Assembly: GCA_963727485.1 (NCBI GenBank)
Contig: CAVSGM010000011.1
Location: 608,001 to 672,000 of the forward strand
Reading direction: 5' to 3'
DNA length: 64,000 nucleotides
Source: an uncultured delta proteobacterium
Lineage (GTDB): Bacteria; Myxococcota; Myxococcia; SLRQ01
Shown in pieces: positions 12,546 through 22,683 of this stretch. Below the pieces are notes generated by a model. That model saw nothing but the letters and a program-made list of their open reading frames with translations, was not told the origin of the DNA and searched no databases. Numbering within the stretch: the first letter of the stretch is position 1; each line of letters starts with the position of its first letter. The translations under genes were made by a program, and so were the position numbers.

Positions 12546-13408
12546 TCAGCCGCCGTTGCCGGTCCCGGCGGCCCGGTCGGCGTCCTCGGCGGTGAGCTCG
12601 CCCCCGAGGACCCGGGCCAGGAGGGGGTGGTCCACGGCCCGGAGGTGGGCGGCGGGGCGGCCGTGGCGCAGCGCCACCAGCTCGGCGATGATGCTCACCG
12701 CAATCTCCTCGGGGGTCACCGCCCCGAGGTCCAGGCCCACCGGGGCGTGGACGTGCTCCAGGGCCGGGAGCCCATGGCGGGCGTGGATGCGCTGGAGGGT
12801 GCGGAACACCTTGCGACGGCTGCCGATCATCCCCAGGTAGCGGTGGGGCCGACGGAGGCAGGCGTCGAGGGCGCTCTCGTCCAGGCGGTGGTCGTGGGTG
12901 ACCACCAGGATCCAGTCGGCGTCGGTGAGGCCGAGATCCGCCACCGCCTCGTCGGCCTCGGCGAGGATCCGGCGGCACCCGGGGAAGCGATCGTCGGTGT
13001 TCAGCTCGTCCCGGTCGTCGACGACGGTGACCTCGAAGCCCACCGAACGGGCGAGGGCGGCGGTGGGCCGGGCCACGTGGCCGGCGCCGAAGACCACGAG
13101 GCGGGGGGACTCTCCACGGGCTCCACGAAGACCTCCATCCGGCCGCCGCAGCACATGCCGAGATCGCGGCCGAGGTCGAAGGGGACCAGGCGCGGGCGGT
13201 CTCCGTCGAGGCAGCCCCGGAGGGCCTCGAGGACCGCCTGCTCCACCGCGCCGCCCCCCACGGTGCCCACCTGGGTGCCGTCGGCCCGGAGCAGCAGCCG
13301 TGCCCCGGGCTGCTGGGGCACCGAGCCGCTCACCCGGACCACGGTGGCCAGGGCGCCGCGGCCCCCATCGCCGAGGAGGGCCAGGAGGGCTTCGGTCGTC
13401 TCCCGCAT
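12546..13408 (-). CDS. XdhC/CoxI family molybdenum-cofactor chaperone (one-base frameshift at the G run 13103-13108)
   Basis: N-half GSVPQQPGARL, GTVGGGAVE, CCGGRMEVFVE; C-half VFGAGHVA, VTHDHRLD, MIGSRRK, HAPVGLDLGAVTPEEIAVSI; one extra C joins the frames. Confidence 0.88.
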
Positions 13409-13454
13409 GCCTCCGGCATAGTGCCGCCGGGGCCGCCGGGTCAAACCTCGGGTG

Positions 13455-13985
13455 CTAGAGCCGCTGGGCGGGGAGGCCGGCGAACCGGTGGCCGAGGTCG
13501 GCGCAGATGGCGGTGAGCCCGGCCTCGTCGGCGGCGGTAAAGGCCGCCGGGAGGTCCGAGTCCACGTCGAGGACGCCGAGGATCCTTCCGGCGTCCCCGA
13601 AGACCGGGACCACCAGCTCCGAGCGGGTGCTGGCGGCGCAGGCGATGTGGTCGGGCCGGGCGGCGACGTCGTCGACCCGCTGGGCTGCCCCGGCCCGAAC
13701 CGCCGCCCCGCAGACCCCCCGGTCGAGGTCGATGCGCAGGCACCCGTGGCCCCCCTGGTAGGGGCCGATGACCAGGCGCTCGGGCCGGACCAGGCGGTAG
13801 AACCCGGTCCAGTGGAAGTAGGCGAAGCCGTGGTGGAGCTCGCAGGCGAGGGTGGCCATCGCCGCCGTCCAGTCGTCCTCGTCTTCGAGGATGCCGCCGA
13901 TGCGCAGGCGCAGCTCGGCGTACCGGGCGGTCCGGGCGTCGTCGTCGGCGCTGGCCGGGAGGGGCGTGAGGCCGGTGGGTGCCAT
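13455..13985 (-). CDS. msrC: GAF-domain protein, free methionine-R-sulfoxide reductase-like
   Basis: WTGFY, GPYQGGHGC, GVCG, HIAC, SELVVP, LDVDS motifs. Confidence 0.8.
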   Translation of the reverse strand: MAPTGLTPLPASADDDARTARYAELRLRIGGILEDEDDWTAAMATLACELHHGFAYFHWTGFYRLVRPERLVIGPYQGGHGCLRIDLDRGVCGAAVRAGAAQRVDDVAARPDHIACAASTRSELVVPVFGDAGRILGVLDVDSDLPAAFTAADEAGLTAICADLGHRFAGLPAQRL

Positions 13986-13993
13986 GGCCCCTC

Positions 13994-15358
13994 CTAGGAC
14001 CCGAGCTGGGCCATGAGCCGCTGGGCGGCGGCGTTGTCGGGCTGGGCCGAGAGGACCTTGCGCAGGTGCCGCCGGGCCTGGCGGGCGTAGCCGTCGCGCT
14101 GGCGCCGACCCTTGGCGAGCTGGTGCCGGCGCACCAGCAGCGCCCCGAGCGAGAGGTGGGCCGCGAGGTTGCCCGGGTCGCGGCGCAGGACCGACTCCAG
14201 GGCCGCCTGGGCGCCGTCGAGGTTTCCGGCGCCGGCGAGGACCCGGGCGAGCTGGAGCTTCGGCCCGGGGGCCTTGGGCGCAAGGCGCGACCAGCGCTCG
14301 AGGTACTTGACCGCCTCCGGGGTGTCCTCCCGGCGCATGGCCAGGCGCGCCAGCATCTGGATGGCCTCGACCATCAGGGGGTCGTGGGCCAGGGCCGCGA
14401 GGTAGGCCTTGCGGGCCTCGTCGAAACGCTGGTGGCTGTAGAGGAAGTTGGCGAGGTAGAGGTGGGGCTGGGGCAGGTCCGGGGCGAGCTTCACCGCCCG
14501 GCGGAAGTGGACCATGGCCTCGCCGCCGTTCTCGATGCGCTCGTAGGCCAGGCCCATGAGCCCCTGGGCGATGGCCAGGTCCGGGTACTGCTCGGCCACC
14601 TTGTCCAGGATGTCCAGGGCGTTCTGGGGGACGTCGGCCTTCTCCAACCAGTCGATGGCCCGGTTGAGCTGGCCCCGGACGCTGTCGGGGACGTGGCGGA
14701 AGGGATCGGTGATCCGGTCGGCGACCTTCCGGGCCTGCTTCACCGCCGAGGGGCTGGGGTCGAGGTCGAGGAGGTCCCGGAGGGCGTCGAGGGCGGCGTC
14801 GAGGTGCCCGGCGTGGAAGAGGGCCAGGGCGTAGGGCACCCGGTACCGGGCGACCTTGGGGGCCAGCGCCACCGCCCGCGCCAGGGCCTTCTGGGCCTCG
14901 GGCCAGCGCTCGGCCTCGAGGAGGATGACCCCGGCGCGGAAGGGGAAGTCGGCCTCCTGGGGCTTCAGGGCCGCGGCCCGGGCCAGGTCCTCGAGGCACC
15001 CGGGGGCGTTGGCGGTGGAGTCGGCGTAGCGGGCGATGGCCAGGCCGTAGAGGGCGTAGGGGTCGTCGGGGTGGCGCCGGAGGACGGCCTGGTAGCGGTC
15101 CTCGACCTGGGCGAGGTGGCCGAGGTTGAAGGCGGCCTCCACCAGGCCCCGGTGGGCGGCGAGGCGGGTGCGGTCGACCGAGAGGACCTGGCCGTAGAGG
15201 CGGCTCGCCCGGGCCCACTCGCCCTGGGCGCCCGCGCGGTGGGCCTCGGCGAGGCGGGCCTCCAGGCCGGCCCGTGTGGTGAGCGGCGCCGCGGCCACGT
15301 GGGCGCAGGCGGGGAGCGCCACGAGGGCGAGGAGGACGGCGAGTCGGCGCGGGGTCAT
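13994..15358 (-). CDS. Tetratricopeptide-repeat lipoprotein
   Basis: Signal peptide ending LPAC; repeated helical TPR patterns (ALARAVALAP, FRRAVKLAPD, YLAALAHDP). Confidence 0.82.
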   Translation of the reverse strand: MTPRRLAVLLALVALPACAHVAAAPLTTRAGLEARLAEAHRAGAQGEWARASRLYGQVLSVDRTRLAAHRGLVEAAFNLGHLAQVEDRYQAVLRRHPDDPYALYGLAIARYADSTANAPGCLEDLARAAALKPQEADFPFRAGVILLEAERWPEAQKALARAVALAPKVARYRVPYALALFHAGHLDAALDALRDLLDLDPSPSAVKQARKVADRITDPFRHVPDSVRGQLNRAIDWLEKADVPQNALDILDKVAEQYPDLAIAQGLMGLAYERIENGGEAMVHFRRAVKLAPDLPQPHLYLANFLYSHQRFDEARKAYLAALAHDPLMVEAIQMLARLAMRREDTPEAVKYLERWSRLAPKAPGPKLQLARVLAGAGNLDGAQAALESVLRRDPGNLAAHLSLGALLVRRHQLAKGRRQRDGYARQARRHLRKVLSAQPDNAAAQRLMAQLGS

Positions 15359-15422
15359 GCGACTCGCACCGGCGTACCACAGCTTTCTATGCGCCAAAAG
15401 GGGTGGTACCTCTCGGGAGGGC

Positions 15423-16040
15423 ATGGCGAGGAAGCGCAAGTTCATTGCGGTGGCGGGGAACATGGGCGCCGGCAAGACCGAGCTGGTCAACTTCCTGTGC
15501 CGCCGCTACGACCTCAAGCCCTTCTTCGAGCCCAACGAGGGCAACCCCTACCTCGAGGACTTCTACGAGGACATGAAGGCCTGGGGGTTCCACTCGCAGA
15601 TCTACTTCCTCACCCACAAGTTCCGCCTCCACCGGCAGCTGGAGCAGGAGCCGGGGACGGTGGTCCAGGACCGGACCATCTACGAGGACGCGGAGATCTT
15701 CGCCCGGAACCTCTTCCTCCAGCGGCGGATGTCCAAGCGCGACTGGCAGACCTACCAGGAGCTCTACCAGGTGGTCAGCGAGGCCCTCGCGCCCCCGGAC
15801 CTGATGATCTACCTGAAGGCCAGCGTGCGCACGATCCGCAAGCGCATCGGCATCCGGGGCCGCCCCGAGGAGCAGCAGGTCCCGGCGAGCTACCTCAAGC
15901 GCCTCAACGCCCTCTACGAGGACTGGTTCGAGCGCTACGACCTCTCGGAGGTGTTGACCCTGGAGAGCGACTCCATGGACTACCTCCAGGATCTCGTCGA
16001 CCGCCTCGACCTCCTCAAGCGCATCGAGCGGCATCTCTGA
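15423..16040 (+). CDS. Deoxynucleoside kinase family protein
   Basis: IAVAGNMGAGKT, NPYLEDFYEDM, QDRTIYED, RGRPEE, YLKRLNALYEDW. Confidence 0.92.
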   Translation: MARKRKFIAVAGNMGAGKTELVNFLCRRYDLKPFFEPNEGNPYLEDFYEDMKAWGFHSQIYFLTHKFRLHRQLEQEPGTVVQDRTIYEDAEIFARNLFLQRRMSKRDWQTYQELYQVVSEALAPPDLMIYLKASVRTIRKRIGIRGRPEEQQVPASYLKRLNALYEDWFERYDLSEVLTLESDSMDYLQDLVDRLDLLKRIERHL

Positions 16041-16103
16041 TCCGGTGATCCGGTGGGCCCCCAAGCCGGGGGTTTCCCTGCAGGGGCCGGATGCGCTATA
16101 ACC

Positions 16104-16598
16104 ATGGCACTGCGGGTGGGCGGAGTGCGCGCCGTGGGGGAGAAGTCAGCCAGAGCCATCGCCTTCAGCTTCGTCGAGCCTCGGACCGCGGTGCTGGTCC
16201 ACACCCGGGACACCCCGGGTGACGACGAGTGGCGCACCTATCTTGCCGCCCTCAAGGCCCGGTTGGACCAGCAGGGGAAGAGCGTGGTCTCCCTGGTGGT
16301 CACCGAGGGCGGCGGGCCCAACACCGTGCAGCGCACGGACATGAACGAGGCCCTCCTCAAGGACGGGGGGAGCTTCAGCACCGCCGTGGTCACCGAGAGC
16401 CGCGTGGCCCGGGGCATCGTGACCGCGATGTCCTGGTTCAACAGCGGGATCCGGGCCTTCGCGCCCAAGCAGCTCGACGACGCCATCGGCTACCTCGGCC
16501 TCGATCCCCGGGAGCACGCCGAGGTCCTGGAGACGCTGGGCCGCCTGCGGGCCGAGCTCGACCTCGGGCCGCTGCCCGGGACGCCGGGCCTGGCCTAG
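16104..16598 (+). CDS. Hypothetical STAS/SEC14-like small alpha/beta protein
   Basis: EGGGPNTVQR, AVVTESRVARGIVTAMSWF, RAFAP...AIGYLG; start uncertain. Confidence 0.6.
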   Translation: MALRVGGVRAVGEKSARAIAFSFVEPRTAVLVHTRDTPGDDEWRTYLAALKARLDQQGKSVVSLVVTEGGGPNTVQRTDMNEALLKDGGSFSTAVVTESRVARGIVTAMSWFNSGIRAFAPKQLDDAIGYLGLDPREHAEVLETLGRLRAELDLGPLPGTPGLA

Positions 16599-16607
16599 GA
16601 CGCCGGC

Positions 16608-17678
16608 CTAGGACGCGGCGGCATCGTCGAGGAGGTCCGGGTCGGCCTCCCGCATCTCCCGGCACCCGAGCTGGGGCTGGACGGTGACCGTGCCCCGCAG
16701 GGTGTCGAAGGTCCCGGCCTCGACCAGGGCCAGCGCGGCGTCGGCGGCCACCGGGTCGAACTGCCGGCCCCGCTCGCGGGTGAGCTCCCCGAGGATGTAG
16801 TCGGGCTTCTGGGGGCCCCGGTAGGCTCGCGGCGCGGTCATGGCCTCGTAGGCGTCGGCGACGTGGATCACCCGGGCCACCGGCGAGATCTCCTCACCGG
16901 CGACCCCGTGGGGGTAGCCCCGGCCGTCCCAGCGCTCGTGGTGGTGGAGCACCGCGTCGCGGGCGATCTCCGGGAGGTCGGCGATGGGGGCCACGATCCC
17001 GAAGCCCACCTCGGGGTGGCGCTTCATCTCCCGGAACTCGTCGTCGTCGAGGCGGCCAGGCTTGAGGAGGATCCGCTCGGGGACGCCGATCTTGCCGCAG
17101 TCGTGGAGCAGGCCCCCGAGCCGGGCGGCGCGGACCTCGTCCTCGGACATCCCCAGGCGTCCGGCCAGGGCCTCGGCGTAGCGGCCCACCAGCTCCGAGT
17201 GGCCCCGGGTGTAGGGATCCTTGGCCTCGATGGCGGCGGCGAGGGCGGAGACGGTCTGCATCAGCCCGTTGGCCAGGAGGCTGTCCCGGGCGAAGCGCTC
17301 GAGGGCCGCGGTCTCGGCGGCGCCCACCACCAGCTCCCGGAGCCCGGTGACCTCCCAGGGCTTGGTGACGATGCGGTGGACCTGGCTGCGGTTGACCGCG
17401 TCGAGGGCGGTCTCCACGTCGGCGTAGCCGGTGAGCAGGACCCGGAAGGTGTCCGGGGCGCGGTGCTGGATGGTCTCGAGGAGCTCGACGCCGGTCGTCC
17501 CCGGCATCCGGTGGTCGCTCACCACCACGTCCGGGCGGATCTCCTCGAAGGTCCGGAGGGCCTCGGCGGCGCTCCGGGCGAAGTGGAGGGTCACCGGCGC
17601 GTGGCGGAAGGTGGCGGCGAGGGCCGCGAGGATGGTGGCGTCGTCGTCGACGAAGAGGACAGCAGGCAGGTCGGCCAT
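16608..17678 (-). CDS. Response regulator with HD-GYP c-di-GMP phosphodiesterase domain
   Basis: REC (LFVDDD, VSDHRMPG, TKPW) plus KDPYTRGHS, LHDCGKIG, HHERWDGRGYP. Confidence 0.93.
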   Translation of the reverse strand: MADLPAVLFVDDDATILAALAATFRHAPVTLHFARSAAEALRTFEEIRPDVVVSDHRMPGTTGVELLETIQHRAPDTFRVLLTGYADVETALDAVNRSQVHRIVTKPWEVTGLRELVVGAAETAALERFARDSLLANGLMQTVSALAAAIEAKDPYTRGHSELVGRYAEALAGRLGMSEDEVRAARLGGLLHDCGKIGVPERILLKPGRLDDDEFREMKRHPEVGFGIVAPIADLPEIARDAVLHHHERWDGRGYPHGVAGEEISPVARVIHVADAYEAMTAPRAYRGPQKPDYILGELTRERGRQFDPVAADAALALVEAGTFDTLRGTVTVQPQLGCREMREADPDLLDDAAAS

Positions 17679-17867
17679 GGGAACTCCAGTGGGGTGGTCG
17701 TGGGCCGAGGAGGAGCAACCGCCGTGCCGAGGGCTCGAGGGCACAAAGGGCCGGGATCCCAGGGGTCGCCCCGGGGCGCCGGTGGGTCACCCGGGCCCGG
17801 CGGGTCCCGCGGGACCCGGGTCGTCGGTGCCATTGACCGCCGGGGGCCCACGCGGCAAGTTGCCCCG

Positions 17868-19052
17868 GTGACCCTGCCGAGCCTCGAGGAGCGCCGCTTC
17901 GTGGTCGGCGTCGACGGTGGCCCCACCGCCTTCGAGGCCCCGGAGGTGGTCCGCACCCTGGTGCGGGCCGGCGCCGAGGTGCGGGTCGCGGTCACCGGCG
18001 ACGCCGAGGGGTGGATTGGGGCCCTGGCCCTGGAGACGGTGAGCCGGGCCAAGGTGGCCCGCCGCCCCGACGAGGCCGCCGGGTGGGCGCGGTGGGCCGA
18101 CGCCCTGGTGGTCGCGCCCGCCGGGGCCGACCTGGTGGCGCGGCTGGCCGCCGGGCGCGCCGACGACGCGGTGGCCGATCTCTTCCTCCGCTTCGCCGGG
18201 CGGGCGGTCCTGGTGCCCGGGACCGACCTCCCCCCGGACGCCTGGGTGAAGGCGAACCTCGCGGCCCTCGGCGAGCGGGCCCTGGTGCTGCCCCCCGGGA
18301 CCGCCCCCGCCGGCGCCGCCGCCGGCCTCCGCCGGGTCCTCGGGCCCCGGGACCTCGTGGGCCGCCGGGTCCTGGTGACCGCCGGGCCCACCCGGGAGCC
18401 CCTCGACCCGGTCCGCTTCCTCTCCAACCCCTCCACCGGCCGCATGGGCTTCGCGCTGGCCGAGGCCGCCCGGCGCCGGGGGGCGGAGGTGATCCTCTGC
18501 GCCGGGCCCACCCACCTGGCGCCGCCGCCCGGGGTGCGGGTGGTGCCCTTCGACACCGCCGAGTCCCTGCACGCGGCGGTGACCGCGGTGGCCGGCGAGG
18601 CCGACCTGGACCTGGTGATCGCCTGCGCCGCGGTGGCCGACTGGCGTCCCGCCGAGGTCGCCGCCGAGAAGCGCAAGAAGGCGGATGCCGGGGCGGAGCT
18701 GACCCTGCGCCTGGTGCGCACCCCCGACGTCCTCGCCGAGCTCTCCCGGTCGGTGGCCGGTCGCGCCGACCGACCGGTGCTGGTGGGCTTCGCCGCCGAG
18801 ACCGGGGACCTGGAGGCGGGCGCCCGGGCCAAGCTCACGGGCAAGGGCCTCGACCTGGTGGTGGCCAACCGGGTGAAGGGCGCCGGGAGCGCCTTCGGGG
18901 CCGAGGACAACGAGGTCTACCTGGTGAGCGCCGGGGGGGTCGCGCACCTGCCCCGGTCGTCGAAGGCGGAGATCGCCCAGGGGATCCTCGACCGGGTGGC
19001 GCCGCTGGTGGAGGCGCGCCGCGGGGCGGCACGCCGGGAGGGGGACCGATGA
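17868..19052 (+). CDS. coaBC: CoaBC/Dfp-like protein: intact CoaB synthetase, degenerate CoaC domain
   Basis: [42 protein letters not shown]; flavoprotein N-domain lacks the PAMN and ACG motifs. Confidence 0.88.
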   Translation: MTLPSLEERRFVVGVDGGPTAFEAPEVVRTLVRAGAEVRVAVTGDAEGWIGALALETVSRAKVARRPDEAAGWARWADALVVAPAGADLVARLAAGRADDAVADLFLRFAGRAVLVPGTDLPPDAWVKANLAALGERALVLPPGTAPAGAAAGLRRVLGPRDLVGRRVLVTAGPTREPLDPVRFLSNPSTGRMGFALAEAARRRGAEVILCAGPTHLAPPPGVRVVPFDTAESLHAAVTAVAGEADLDLVIACAAVADWRPAEVAAEKRKKADAGAELTLRLVRTPDVLAELSRSVAGRADRPVLVGFAAETGDLEAGARAKLTGKGLDLVVANRVKGAGSAFGAEDNEVYLVSAGGVAHLPRSSKAEIAQGILDRVAPLVEARRGAARREGDR

Positions 19053-19849
19053 GCGACGGAGATCGCGACGCGGCGCTCGGGGAGGTCCTGGCGGACCTCG
19101 AGGCGCACCTGAAGTGGCGCCTGGAGAGCGGGCTGACGCGGGTGCCGCCGGCCGCGGAACCCGCCGTCGCGTCGCCGCCAGTCGCCGCTGCACCTCCCGC
19201 CGCCGCGTCGCCGCCGGTCGCCGCCGCAGCTCCCGCCGGCCCGGGCCCCGCGACCGGCAGCGGCCCCCACGGCTGGGAGAAGGGCGTGGGCTCCGAGGCC
19301 CTGATGGCCATCCGCACCGACCTCGGCGACTGCGTGCGCTGCAAGCTCTCGCGGGGTCGCACCAACCTGGTCTTCGGCGTGGGCAACCCCGACGCCGACC
19401 TGGTCTTCGTGGGCGAGGGCCCCGGGGCCGAGGAGGACCGCCAGGGCGAGCCCTTCGTGGGCCGCGCCGGCGAGCTGCTCACCAAGATGATCCAGGCGAT
19501 GGGCCGCGCCCGCGACGGCGTCTACATCTGCAACGTGGTCAAGTGCCGCCCGCCCGGAAACCGCGACCCCGAGCCCGACGAGGTCGCCGCCTGCGAGCCG
19601 TTCCTCAAGCGGCAGCTCGCGGCGATCCGCCCCAGGGCCATCGTGGGCCTGGGGAAGTTCGCGGTGCAGGCCCTCATGGGCGACCCGGGCGCGCGCATCA
19701 CCCGGGTCCGCGGCACCTGGTTCACCTACGAGGGCATCCCGGTGATGCCCACCTTCCACCCGGCGTACCTCCTCCGGAACCCGGCGGCGAAGGGCGACGC
19801 GTGGAAGGACCTCCAGGCGGTGATGGCGCGGCTCGAGCAGGGGGGCTAG
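19049..19849 (+). CDS. udg: Uracil-DNA glycosylase family 4 (Fe-S)
   Basis: [39 protein letters not shown]; Pro/Ala linker; ATGA overlap with coaBC. Confidence 0.94.
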   Translation: MSDGDRDAALGEVLADLEAHLKWRLESGLTRVPPAAEPAVASPPVAAAPPAAASPPVAAAAPAGPGPATGSGPHGWEKGVGSEALMAIRTDLGDCVRCKLSRGRTNLVFGVGNPDADLVFVGEGPGAEEDRQGEPFVGRAGELLTKMIQAMGRARDGVYICNVVKCRPPGNRDPEPDEVAACEPFLKRQLAAIRPRAIVGLGKFAVQALMGDPGARITRVRGTWFTYEGIPVMPTFHPAYLLRNPAAKGDAWKDLQAVMARLEQGG

Positions 19850-19852
19850 GGC

Positions 19853-21466
19853 ATGCACCTGGAGAGCACGCTGCTCATCCTCTTCGGGGTGGCGGCGGCG
19901 GTGGCGATCATCTCCCACCGGCTGCGCCTGCCCTACACCATCGCCCTGGTGCTCACCGGGCTGGTGCTCGGCGCCATCCACGTCCTCCAGGCGCCGCACC
20001 TCTCCAAGGAGCTGCTCTTCCTCATCGTCCTCCCCGGCCTCATCTTCGAGGCCGCCTACCACATGGAGTTCCGGGAGTTCTGGGCGGCGAAGCTCTCGAT
20101 CTTCTCGCTCGCGGTGCCGGGGCTGCTGGTCGCCGTGGGGGCCACCGGCTTCATGGTGTGGCTGGGGGTGAACCAGCTCGGCTTCGGCTCGCTCACCCTG
20201 ATGGAGGCGATGGTCTTCGGGGCCCTCATCGCCGCCACCGATCCCATCAGCGTCCTGGCGATCTTCAAGACCCTGGGGGTGGACCGGAAGCTCTACGTCC
20301 TGGTCGAAGGCGAGTCCCTGTTCAACGACGGCACGGCGGTGGTGGTGTTCACCATCCTCCTGGCCATGGCCACCGGCCACGAGACCTCCCTCGGCGGGGC
20401 GGTCTACGAGTTCGTGAAGGTCACGGGGATGGCGGCGGCGGTGGGGGCGGTGATGGGCTCGCTGGGGAGCCTGGTGACCCGCACCCTGGAAGAGCCGGTC
20501 ATCGAGATCACCCTGACCGCGCTCACCGCCTACGGCAGCTTCATCATCGCCGAGCACTTCGGATACTCGGGGGTCATCGCCTGCGTGGTCGCCGGCATGC
20601 TCACGGGCAACTGGGGCGCGCGCATCGGGATGAGCGCCACCACCCGGCTGGCGGTGGAGTCGTTCTGGGAGTACGCCGCCTTCGTCCTCAACTCCCTGGT
20701 CTTCCTCCTGGTGGGCCTGGAGGTGAAGATCGGCGCGCTGGTGCGGCACGTGGTGCCGATCCTGGTCGCCTGGGTGGCGGTGGTGGTCGGCCGGGCGGCG
20801 GTGGTCTCCCTCAAGCAGCTCATCGTCGGGCGCCTGGCGCCCTCGGCGCGGATGCCCTCGGCCTGGGCGGCGGCGCTCACCTGGGGTGGGCTCCGGGGCG
20901 GGCTCTCCATGGTCCTGGCCCTGGCGCTCCCCCGGACCTTCGTCCACCGGGAGCTGATCCTCACCCTGACCTTCGGGGTGGTGCTCCTCTCGCTCCTGGT
21001 CCAGGGGCTGACCATGAAGCCCCTGCTCACGCGCCTGGGGCTTGCCGGGCGGGCCACCGATCGCGAGGCCTACGAGCGGCGCCTGGCGCGGCTCCGGGCC
21101 GCCGGGCGGGCGGTGGAGGAGCTGGAGGCGATGCACCGGGCGCGGACGGTCCCCACGGCGGTGTTCCACGACCTCCACGCGCGGTACACCGAGCGGGTGA
21201 AGCAGCTCGAGGCCGAGATCACCGAGCTCCACCTGGAGCGTGACGACATCCGCGCCGAGGAGAGCCTGGCGGTGCGCCGGCACCTGCTGGCGGTGGAGAA
21301 GGAGTCGCTCCGGGAGACCTATCAGTACGGGCTCATCGCCGAGCCGGTGCTCCGGGGGCTCACCGGGGAGCTCGACCAGCGGCTCCTCGAGCTGGAGATC
21401 GCGGCGTCCCATCCCGGCGACGCCGACGACGAGGCCAACGGGGAGAGCAAGGAGACGACGTCATGA
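19853..21466 (+). CDS. CPA1-family Na+/H+ antiporter (NhaP/NhaG-like)
   Basis: ATDPISV, VEGESLFNDG, WGGLRGG, VQGLT; many TM segments. Confidence 0.93.
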   Translation: MHLESTLLILFGVAAAVAIISHRLRLPYTIALVLTGLVLGAIHVLQAPHLSKELLFLIVLPGLIFEAAYHMEFREFWAAKLSIFSLAVPGLLVAVGATGFMVWLGVNQLGFGSLTLMEAMVFGALIAATDPISVLAIFKTLGVDRKLYVLVEGESLFNDGTAVVVFTILLAMATGHETSLGGAVYEFVKVTGMAAAVGAVMGSLGSLVTRTLEEPVIEITLTALTAYGSFIIAEHFGYSGVIACVVAGMLTGNWGARIGMSATTRLAVESFWEYAAFVLNSLVFLLVGLEVKIGALVRHVVPILVAWVAVVVGRAAVVSLKQLIVGRLAPSARMPSAWAAALTWGGLRGGLSMVLALALPRTFVHRELILTLTFGVVLLSLLVQGLTMKPLLTRLGLAGRATDREAYERRLARLRAAGRAVEELEAMHRARTVPTAVFHDLHARYTERVKQLEAEITELHLERDDIRAEESLAVRRHLLAVEKESLRETYQYGLIAEPVLRGLTGELDQRLLELEIAASHPGDADDEANGESKETTS

Positions 21467-22188
21467 CCACGGCATTCGTGGCCGGGTCGACGGGGTACAC
21501 AGGACGGGCGCTGGTGCAGGCGCTCCGGCGCCAGGACATCACCACCGTGGCCCACGTGCGCCCGGGCTCCCGGAGCCTCGCGGAGGTGGCGACGACCTTC
21601 CTCGACGCCGGGGCCGAGGTGGACACCACGCCCTGGGAGCCCGAGGCCCTCACCGAGACCCTCCGGCGGGTGAACCCGGATCTGGTCTTCGCCTGTCTTG
21701 GCACCACCCGCAAGCGGATGAAGGCGGCCCGGCGCGCCGGGACCGAAGAGGACTACCGCACGGTGGACTACGGGCTCACGGCGATGCTGGTCGACGCCTG
21801 CCTCGCCGCGGGGCTGAAGCCGCGCTTCGTCTACCTCTCGGCGGCGGGGGTGCGCGACGGGGCCCAGGGCGCCTACTACACCGCCCGGGCGGACGCCGAG
21901 GAGAAGGTCCGCGAGAGCGGGCTGCCCTACACCCTGGCGCGGCCCTCGTTCATCAGCGGCGACGATCGGGCCGAGCGCCGGCCGGCGGAGCGCATCGCCG
22001 CGAAGGTCACCGACGCCACCCTGGGGATCGCCTCGGCGGTGGCGCGCCGGTCGGCCATCAAGGACAAGTGGGGCTCGATGACCGGCGAGCTGCTGGCGCG
22101 GGGGATGGTGCAGGTGGCGCTCGACCCGGCGTTCGAGGACCAGGTCGCCGAGGCGGCGGCGCTCCGGGCGGCGTCCCAGTCGAGCTGA
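21463..22188 (+). CDS. NAD(P)-binding oxidoreductase (atypical SDR)
   Basis: AGSTGYTG, CLGTT, VDYG, YLSA, ARPSFI. Confidence 0.85.
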   Translation: MTTAFVAGSTGYTGRALVQALRRQDITTVAHVRPGSRSLAEVATTFLDAGAEVDTTPWEPEALTETLRRVNPDLVFACLGTTRKRMKAARRAGTEEDYRTVDYGLTAMLVDACLAAGLKPRFVYLSAAGVRDGAQGAYYTARADAEEKVRESGLPYTLARPSFISGDDRAERRPAERIAAKVTDATLGIASAVARRSAIKDKWGSMTGELLARGMVQVALDPAFEDQVAEAAALRAASQSS

Positions 22189-22206
22189 AGGGCCGGCCGC
22201 GCGGGG

Positions 22207-22674
22207 TCAGCCCTTGCCGCCGGAGCGGTCCTTGGCCCGCCGCGAGGCCTTCGCCCCCCGGGCGCCGGCCTTCCGGTGCCCGGCCCGGGTGGCCTTGGCG
22301 CCCTCGCCGAGGGCGTCGAGGTGCACGTCGAGGAAGTGGCGCGCCTGGCGCAGATCGTCGACGGCCTCGGCCCGGAGCCCCACGCAGGCCTCGTGGCCGG
22401 CGGCGGTGATCTCGTAGACCCGGCGCGGCGCCGCGGTGCCCCTCGCCCAGCGCCCCCGGACCAGCCCCTCGCCCTCGAGGCGCTTGAGGGTGGGGTAGAG
22501 GGAGCCGGGGCTGGGGCTCCAGACGCCGCCGGTCATCTCGGCGATGGTCGCGGCGATCCCGGCGCCGTGGGCCGGCGCCTCCTCCAACAGGTGGAGGACG
22601 TAGAGGGGCAGGAGGCCGCGGACCAGCCCTTCGAGGATCGGCCGCCGCGGGCTCTCCAGGGAACGCTGCGCCAT
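22207..22674 (-). CDS. PadR-family transcriptional regulator
   Basis: PAHG, SPGSLYPTLKRLEGEGLV, RRVYEITAAG. Confidence 0.92.
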   Translation of the reverse strand: MAQRSLESPRRPILEGLVRGLLPLYVLHLLEEAPAHGAGIAATIAEMTGGVWSPSPGSLYPTLKRLEGEGLVRGRWARGTAAPRRVYEITAAGHEACVGLRAEAVDDLRQARHFLDVHLDALGEGAKATRAGHRKAGARGAKASRRAKDRSGGKG

Positions 22675-22683
22675 GGCTCGAGT

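Noticed and set aside
19160..19245. Imperfect repeats in the UDG gene
   Set aside because: They encode an ordinary Pro/Ala linker (ASPPVAAA) common in family 4 UDGs.
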